A DNA stretch of 49,689 nucleotides, from positions 33,083-82,771 of the forward strand of contig JADBLP010000075.1 in the NCBI GenBank assembly GCA_014894375.1. Reading direction: 5' to 3'. This document shows positions 43,828 through 49,689 of this stretch, in pieces. Each line of letters begins with the position of its first letter. Position 1 is the stretch's first letter. The notes beneath the pieces are model-generated. The model saw nothing but the letters and a program-made list of their open reading frames with translations, ran no database searches and had not been told where the DNA came from. Source of the stretch: Actinomycetota bacterium (lineage in GTDB: Bacteria > Actinomycetota > Humimicrobiia > Humimicrobiales > Humimicrobiaceae). The translations under genes and the position numbers were made by a program.

Positions 43828-44463
43828 AAATTAGGGGGGATTAACATTCCAGTACCAAAAGATGGAGAATCTCAAAAAGATTTTGTTAGTAGATGTATAC
43901 CTTATTTAATTCATGAAGGGAAACATCCGAATACATCAAAAGGAAGAAAAGCTGCAGCTGGTGAATGTTATGGTATATACAGAGGTAAAAATAAATCAGA
44001 AGATGAAGTTGTAAAGTGTATTAAGTGTGGATTAAAAGATGCAACTGGATATTTCTGTAGATATGATAAAAATGGGAAGAAATTCTATTATGATATTAAT
44101 GATGCAGATTCAAAGCAATTAGCAAAATTTAAAGCAGAAGAATTTGGGATTAATTTAAAATCAGAAGAATTACTTGAAATTATAGATAAACAAGAAGAAC
44201 CAGTTGATGGAAATACAGATACAACTGTACCACAGGATAGACCTTCGGATGGTGGGAATAGAGAAGAGTTTATTAAAGAATGCATAGCTAAGAAAGTTGG
44301 TCAAGGGGAATCAGAATCCACTGCAAGAGAACAATGCATACAAGAATGGGATTCAAAACATAAATCATATATAGTTCCTAAATCAAAAGATGAGATTGGT
44401 CAAGGAACAGTTATTAGTTACAAAGGCAAGATTGGCACAGTTGTAAAAGTAATTAATACATAA
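43828..44463 (+). CDS. 211-codon open frame lacking any ATG/GTG/TTG (frameshift, homopolymer error or non-canonical start)
   Basis: Stop-to-stop frame read by hand: ..IPVPKDGESQKDFVSRCIPYLIHEG...GTVVKVINT-stop. It contains two copies of an [DE]F[VI]xxCI...C motif. A 12-codon ATG leader (43806..43844) ends just after a G6 run at 43834..43839. Confidence 0.5.
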   Translation, partial: KLGGINIPVPKDGESQKDFVSRCIPYLIHEGKHPNTSKGRKAAAGECYGIYRGKNKSEDEVVKCIKCGLKDATGYFCRYDKNGKKFYYDINDADSKQLAKFKAEEFGINLKSEELLEIIDKQEEPVDGNTDTTVPQDRPSDGGNREEFIKECIAKKVGQGESESTAREQCIQEWDSKHKSYIVPKSKDEIGQGTVISYKGKIGTVVKVINT

Positions 44464-44481
44464 TCTATTTATTGGATTCAA

Positions 44482-44736
44482 ATGTCTGTTATTCTAAATA
44501 GATTATATTCAGAAGTGGGTAAGACTCCATATACAACTTTACTATCATATAACAGTCATAATGATATTGAATATGTTGGATTTGCATCTCCAAGTTCATC
44601 TACAAGTGATTCCACTTGGAGAATTATGAAACTTTCATACTCACCAACTTATGATGTATCTAGTGTTAGATATGCTCAAGGTGTAACTACGTTTACAAAC
44701 TCATGGGTAAGTAGGGTTTCGTATTACTATGCCTAA
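44482..44736 (+). CDS. hypothetical virion-module protein
   Basis: 84 aa, Ser/Thr/Tyr-rich like the downstream fibres. Confidence 0.5.
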   Translation: MSVILNRLYSEVGKTPYTTLLSYNSHNDIEYVGFASPSSSTSDSTWRIMKLSYSPTYDVSSVRYAQGVTTFTNSWVSRVSYYYA

Positions 44737-44974
44737 ATTAAGTTATAATGCAGTTGAGGGAATTCTAGATTACATTAGTAAGAATTCTGATTTTGCAATT
44801 TCAGGTTTAAAAGATATTAGTTATATTTATCCAACAGATGGTGATGTATTGACATGGAACAGTTCTTTAGGTAAATGGTCATCTCAAGCAGTTACATCTA
44901 GTCCAAATTTAGATGGGGGACTTTCAAATTCTAATTATTCTGGCACAACAACAATAGATGGAGGAACATCTTAA
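44729..44974 (+). CDS. hypothetical virion-module protein
   Basis: 81 aa. ATGG/TAATG-type coupling to the fibre gene. Confidence 0.5.
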   Translation: MPKLSYNAVEGILDYISKNSDFAISGLKDISYIYPTDGDVLTWNSSLGKWSSQAVTSSPNLDGGLSNSNYSGTTTIDGGTS

Positions 44975-47097
44975 TGGTTGTCAAGGTACAATTAAGGCGA
45001 GACCTTGCAGTAAATTGGACTGCAAATGACCCAATACTCTTACATGGAGAAGTTGGATTAGAAACAGACACAAACAAATTAAAGATGGGTGATGGGGCAA
45101 ATGTTTGGAGTGCTCTTGCTTATCTAACTGCTGCTGCAGGTGCTGGTGGTGGGACGCAATATGTACAATACAATAATGCAGGGGCAATAGCAGGGGATTC
45201 TCAATTCACTTATAATTTTACAACAAACACTTTAAGAATTTCTGGGGCAATATCTGGTGCAGCAATATCTGGTGGTTCAATAAGAGGAAATTGGATAGGT
45301 AGTCCATTAACTTCTTCTTATATTACTGGATATATGGCGAGTAATAATGCCACTGGAAGATTTTATCCCTCTTCTTTAGGAAAAGGATATATTCCATTTT
45401 CATCAAATTCTAGAATGATGTTTTATCCTTCATCTCTAGGAAAATCACTTTATGATTGGTCTTCTAATGCACTAAAACTCTATGGTGCATCTTCACATAT
45501 TCATGATAGTAGATATTATACAGAAACTGAAATAGATAATAACTTTTACACTAAAACTTGGATTAATACACTTTCTGGCAGTATAGATGGTAGAATTGAT
45601 GCTATAGAGGCAGATACATTTGACCACGAACTTTATATTGCTAGTTCTGCGGGTATTTCAAGATTTGCAGATTCCTCAAATTATGCATATCATTCTTCTA
45701 ATAGAGATATTCATTATCCATCTTCACAATTATTAGGGTGGCTCAATGCTTTATATCAAGAGAGTGGAACCTCCGCTACAAGTGATGTTGCATGGTCTGG
45801 TGCTTATCAATTTTATTCAGTATCATCTCTTGCAAAAAGAGCATATGAATCTGGGCAAAGAGTTAAAGATTTATTTGACCACACCCTATATGCTGCATCT
45901 GGTATTGGTGGTACGGATGCAGCATGGTCTGGTGCTTTAGGATTTTATATAGTATCTTCTTTAGCATTAAAATCTGGAGTTGCAGAAATTAATACGCTTT
46001 CTGATGTTGATACTAAATCTACATCACCTACAAGAGACCAAGTTCTAAAATGGAATGGAACTAATTGGGTTCCTGCAGCATATGGTGCAACATTTGTATA
46101 TACGATAGCATCATTTAGTGATGGCGAAACAACTACACAATTAATAGGCACAGGAACTTGGAAAGCTCAAAGTGCTATGTCTTATACAGCAACATATAAT
46201 AATGGTCCTCCTACTACAACTTGGGTGAGTATTGGATATAATAGCACTAATTATTCTAAATCTGGAACAGTTGGAGAAATGACTGGTCCTTCTTATACTG
46301 CTGGTACAAATGATGTAAAAGCAATTAGTTATCCTGCTGTGAAAGACCAATATTTACGGTTTATATTAAGTTCACAAGCTGGAACTGATACTGATACCGA
46401 AACAGAATCTTCTATATACTTTAGGAATTATATATATTATGGTAAATTAACTAAAAATAAATCTATCACAGAATCAGATATAGAAACTTTAACAGGAACA
46501 CTGACTAACACTGGAGCAGGAACTTTCTCTATTAATGCTAGTGCAGGAGAATATCTTGTATTATCATATCCAGCAACTTATACAAATATACCAAGTGGTA
46601 GTGTTTATGAGACTGATGGAGGAACTGGATTTTTATTTAATAGTATTTCTTGTGCATTTTCAGGCCATGCTTATATTTCTGTAACCAATTCTGCTGGATA
46701 TACTGAAAACTATAAAGTTTATGCATCAAATCTTCCGAATTTAGGTAATCATTCATTAGTTACCACAACTTCAGTTGCAAGTACTAACTATATATATTAT
46801 GGTGTAACTGAAACTTTAAGTGGTTATAGTGAAGCAGATATTGAGGCATTAGGAACAAGTGTTACTTCTAACACTAAAGGGAGGACAATAACTCCAACAG
46901 TTGGTGCAACTGAATATGTTCTTTATTGCTTACCAGTGAGATTAGGAACTGTTACATTCACAGTTAATGGATTTACTGGAGGATTCCAGAATCCAGAAAC
47001 TGTTGCTGTTACGAATGCTAACGGTTGGCTTGAGAATTATTATGTTTATAGAAGTACAAACAAAAATCTTGGAAGTCCGACAATAGTGGTGGTCTAA
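44974..47097 (+). CDS. tail fibre / receptor-binding protein
   Basis: The N-terminus VQLRRDLAVNWTANDPILLHGEVGLETDTNKLKMGDGANVW resembles the conserved phage fibre (HylP/Mtd_N-type) N-domain. Also has internal peptide repeats and a tandem C-terminal domain duplication (46429..46788 and 46789..47094). Confidence 0.7.
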   Translation: MVVKVQLRRDLAVNWTANDPILLHGEVGLETDTNKLKMGDGANVWSALAYLTAAAGAGGGTQYVQYNNAGAIAGDSQFTYNFTTNTLRISGAISGAAISGGSIRGNWIGSPLTSSYITGYMASNNATGRFYPSSLGKGYIPFSSNSRMMFYPSSLGKSLYDWSSNALKLYGASSHIHDSRYYTETEIDNNFYTKTWINTLSGSIDGRIDAIEADTFDHELYIASSAGISRFADSSNYAYHSSNRDIHYPSSQLLGWLNALYQESGTSATSDVAWSGAYQFYSVSSLAKRAYESGQRVKDLFDHTLYAASGIGGTDAAWSGALGFYIVSSLALKSGVAEINTLSDVDTKSTSPTRDQVLKWNGTNWVPAAYGATFVYTIASFSDGETTTQLIGTGTWKAQSAMSYTATYNNGPPTTTWVSIGYNSTNYSKSGTVGEMTGPSYTAGTNDVKAISYPAVKDQYLRFILSSQAGTDTDTETESSIYFRNYIYYGKLTKNKSITESDIETLTGTLTNTGAGTFSINASAGEYLVLSYPATYTNIPSGSVYETDGGTGFLFNSISCAFSGHAYISVTNSAGYTENYKVYASNLPNLGNHSLVTTTSVASTNYIYYGVTETLSGYSEADIEALGTSVTSNTKGRTITPTVGATEYVLYCLPVRLGTVTFTVNGFTGGFQNPETVAVTNANGWLENYYVYRSTNKNLGSPTIVVV

Positions 47098-47098
47098 A

Positions 47099-47554
47099 AT
47101 GGGTGATGGTGACATTAATTTAATAGCTAAAATAGCACCATTCAATGATGGCTTTGTCGGAATGGTGGATGCGAGTCAAGTCATAGGAACAAGTGGTGGT
47201 GCTTTAACTTCTTATTTACCATCATCTGCAATTTCTTCAAATAGTATTACTGAAAATTATTTAAAAATATCAAATTCTCCAACTGATGGTTACTATTTAC
47301 AATATAAAGATGATACAGATAGATTAACGTGGGAAGAAGTTATTGCATCGAATGTTAGCACAGGATTTTCAACTATATCAAATGGTTATGGTGCAATAGG
47401 GCATTCTCTTGGAGCAATTCCAAAATATGTAAATATAACTCCAAGTGGTAGTTTATACAATTTTGGTGCATCTTGTAAAGTTGATGCAACTAATATATAT
47501 GTATATTTAACTGCAATGGGAAGCAGAAGTGTATATTGGTATGCATCAACTTAG
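47099..47554 (+). CDS. fibre-associated protein with shared C-terminal domain
   Basis: 151 aa. The C-terminus HSLGAIPKYVNITPSGSLYNFGASCKVDATNIYVYLTAMGSRSVYWYAST is shared with the next two ORFs. Confidence 0.6.
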   Translation: MGDGDINLIAKIAPFNDGFVGMVDASQVIGTSGGALTSYLPSSAISSNSITENYLKISNSPTDGYYLQYKDDTDRLTWEEVIASNVSTGFSTISNGYGAIGHSLGAIPKYVNITPSGSLYNFGASCKVDATNIYVYLTAMGSRSVYWYAST

Positions 47555-47585
47555 TGCATACTATATGTAATAAGAGAGGAAATGA

Positions 47586-48428
47586 ATGGCAACAATACCC
47601 TTTATCGCATATGAAATATCTGGGGTAAAAGAACCGATATATAATTCAGGTGCAGCTAATAAGAGATACGTAGATATAGTATCTGGAAATTTATTAGCTC
47701 AAATACAAGAAGCTGCGGCTGGTGGGACATTATCTACTGCTTTCCAACCATTTACTGCAAGTACTGGAGTAACTACATTTGGTAGTAATTACAAAATTAG
47801 TGGTAGCACTCCATTAGCAATATCCATATTGGGATATTCCACGATATCAGGTAATGCAAAGAAAGCACAAGCATCAGCACAAACTGCTCTATTAGATGCA
47901 GATTTTGGTTCTGCGGGTCTAATGACAAGGGGAGCAATTGCTGGAGTTTATACTATTACTACTGATAACACATCACAATGGAACAATGTATTAGCATCGG
48001 GAAATGAATATTCTGCAGCATATTCATGGTTTACTCAATCTGGTGTAAAGTTATCTCATTTGACTTCATCTGGTGTTAAATATACTACTGCTTATAAGTA
48101 TATTAATACTTCAGGAGCATTACTAGCAAATCTATTAGCATCTGGCAACGAATATACAAGTGCTTATAAATCTGGACAAAAGAGTAAAACTCATGCATAT
48201 CATGCAAAAATATCTAGTACATATCTAGCAGTGAATTACGGTTGGGCAACAACAACCGATGGTGTAGCAACAATTGCTCATGGATTGTTATCTCTACCGA
48301 AATCTCATTGGGTTGTTCCAAGTGGATTAATAGCATTTGGAATAGTCACAAAGATAGACACTACAAATATAACTGCTCAGATAACTGCTGCTGGTAGTAG
48401 AATTTTGCAATGGTGGGCTTCTGTTTAA
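47586..48428 (+). CDS. fibre paralog
   Basis: 280 aa. N-terminus IAYEISGVKEPIYNSGAANKRYVD. ASGNEY[ST][AS]AY internal repeats. Shared C-terminal domain ..PSGLIAFGIVTKIDTTNITAQITAAGSRILQWWASV. Confidence 0.6.
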   Translation: MATIPFIAYEISGVKEPIYNSGAANKRYVDIVSGNLLAQIQEAAAGGTLSTAFQPFTASTGVTTFGSNYKISGSTPLAISILGYSTISGNAKKAQASAQTALLDADFGSAGLMTRGAIAGVYTITTDNTSQWNNVLASGNEYSAAYSWFTQSGVKLSHLTSSGVKYTTAYKYINTSGALLANLLASGNEYTSAYKSGQKSKTHAYHAKISSTYLAVNYGWATTTDGVATIAHGLLSLPKSHWVVPSGLIAFGIVTKIDTTNITAQITAAGSRILQWWASV

Positions 48429-48488
48429 GGATTAATATTTATTTTCTTTTTAAATGGATATTAATTCTTATTTCAATTAAAAGGTGAT

Positions 48489-49689
48489 ATGAGTACAATC
48501 ATATTTACTACTACAGAAATATCAGGATTAACCAATCCGACATATCCATCTGCTGCAGCCAGAAAGAAATATGTAGATGATATCTCCAGTAATTGTATAA
48601 ATAAATATGCTCCATCTTCATTAACATCACAACGATACACGGAATATATTGGACATTCTAGTAATACTTTAATTCATTATACTAAAGAAAGTATCAGTTT
48701 AAGTGATTTAAGTGATGTTACTATTAGTGTACCAGTTTCTGGTGAATCGTTAGTATGGGATGGGACTTTATGGAGAGCAACATTAGTATCTGGTCAGGGT
48801 GGAGTTGGTGTTGGTGGAACTTCAAATTATACTTCTGGTTGGGCATACATTTCTTCTGAGTCTAAAATAACTCATGGTTTTGGTGCAGTACCAACAATTG
48901 TTGGTTTGTTCCCAAGTGGAGATGCATCATTTGGTTGTTCAGCAAAAGTTGATGGTACATTTATCACTGCATATCTTTCAATCAGTGGTTTACATTGTGT
49001 AAATTGGTTTGCTGGTGGACCAACATTAAGTGAAACTGCATTAACTGCATTATTAGATGATAATTATACTGGGAGTTCTAATGTAAATCGAGCATTGATT
49101 GATACAATTTCTGGTAATCTAGATTCTAGAATAGATGCATTGGGTGGATTTGACCCAATTGATTATATTATAAGTACAACAGCGATAACAAGATTCGCAG
49201 ATTCTTCCAATTATTCGTCTCATAAAGGTAATACAATAATACACTTCACTAAAACAAGTATAGATGATGATTACCAAGGAAGTTCTCAGGCAATAATAAA
49301 GTTTGCAGGAAGTTCTCAAATAAACCGAGGATTACTTAATTTAATTTCTTCTAATTTAGATTTAAAGATAGATTCTTTATTTAACTGGTCATCTAATAAA
49401 GGGATATATGCTCCATCTTCATTAATAAAAGGATATTATTATCCAAGTTCATTGGGTAAATCTCTAATGAACTTTTCTTCAAATAAATCGTTATATCCAG
49501 CAAGTTCACTTGTTAATAGGGCATTGATAAATACAATTTCATCTAACATCGATACCAGATTGGATTCGATATTTAATTATTCATCTAATGCAAGAAATCT
49601 TTATGCTGATTCTGGAAATGTGAAATACAGATTTGTTGCTTCTTCAATTTCATTATCACGATATAATCAATATGTGGGACATAGCGGTA
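48489..49689 (+). CDS. fibre paralog, truncated by the right window edge
   Basis: Not in the track because there is no stop in the window. Hand translation MSTIIFTTTEISGLTNPTYPSAAARKKYVD... stays open to 49689. It contains the shared domain internally plus YPSSLGKSL..SSN repeats. Confidence 0.65.
   Translation, partial: MSTIIFTTTEISGLTNPTYPSAAARKKYVDDISSNCINKYAPSSLTSQRYTEYIGHSSNTLIHYTKESISLSDLSDVTISVPVSGESLVWDGTLWRATLVSGQGGVGVGGTSNYTSGWAYISSESKITHGFGAVPTIVGLFPSGDASFGCSAKVDGTFITAYLSISGLHCVNWFAGGPTLSETALTALLDDNYTGSSNVNRALIDTISGNLDSRIDALGGFDPIDYIISTTAITRFADSSNYSSHKGNTIIHFTKTSIDDDYQGSSQAIIKFAGSSQINRGLLNLISSNLDLKIDSLFNWSSNKGIYAPSSLIKGYYYPSSLGKSLMNFSSNKSLYPASSLVNRALINTISSNIDTRLDSIFNYSSNARNLYADSGNVKYRFVASSISLSRYNQYVGHSG

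Noticed and set aside
44088-46350. Minus-strand ORFs inside the virion module (44088..44285, 44981..45187, 45945..46151, 46141..46350, 46942..47145, 49119..49319, 38320..38517, 38676..38858, 41834..42037, 42316..42585) and the plus-strand alternative-frame ORF 45746..45940
   Set aside because: They lie antisense to, or (45746..45940) out of frame within, long plus-strand genes or the start-less frame 43828..44463. Their composition is Ser/Cys/His/Leu-rich and typical of non-coding frames.
44974-49689. Diversity-generating retroelement, suggested by the Mtd_N-like fibre N-terminus
   Set aside because: The window contains no reverse transcriptase and no near-identical template/variable repeat pair. 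The shared fibre domains are diverged at the protein level, not adenine-specific variants.

Overview
Visibly AT-rich, densely packed segment of a tailed dsDNA virus that encodes a large terminase and a portal. The host is most likely archaeal. Evidence: an Alba homolog, an ERCC4/XPF-type nuclease, a RadA/KaiC-like ATPase, a DHH (RecJ/Cdc45-like) phosphoesterase, two LAGLIDADG inteins, and TATA-like promoter boxes. The window has two divergent arms. (1) A leftward (minus-strand) arm, 1..~31960, carries replication, repair and DNA-modification genes: MazG, a DEDD exonuclease, ERCC4 nuclease, a SWIM-RecA fusion, DHH, a ParB-radical SAM fusion with a TcmP-like partner, a metallophosphoesterase, and a MoxR AAA+ ATPase with its VWA/metallopeptidase partner, both split by inteins. 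(2) A rightward (plus-strand) arm starts at ~33330. It holds small self-contained gene cassettes, a ~1.8 kb ORF-free stretch, then a putative small terminase, TerL, Alba, portal, HNH, and a set of modular fibre paralogs that runs off the right edge. The arms are separated by a repeat-rich non-coding region (31198..33331) that looks like an origin/control region. The most unusual feature is a family of about 30 small (75-106 aa) minus-strand ORFs scattered through the left arm. They share a K-x-K-[VI]-G-D-x-V N-terminus and an almost invariant extreme C-terminal peptide, [ST]-E-K-E-A-L-A-[WY]-[LM]-I-stop. In eight cases the Trp codon of that tail supplies the ATG of the next gene through a fixed 13-nt overlap. 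I do not recognise this family. No major capsid protein, DNA polymerase, tRNA or CRISPR array could be identified in the window.
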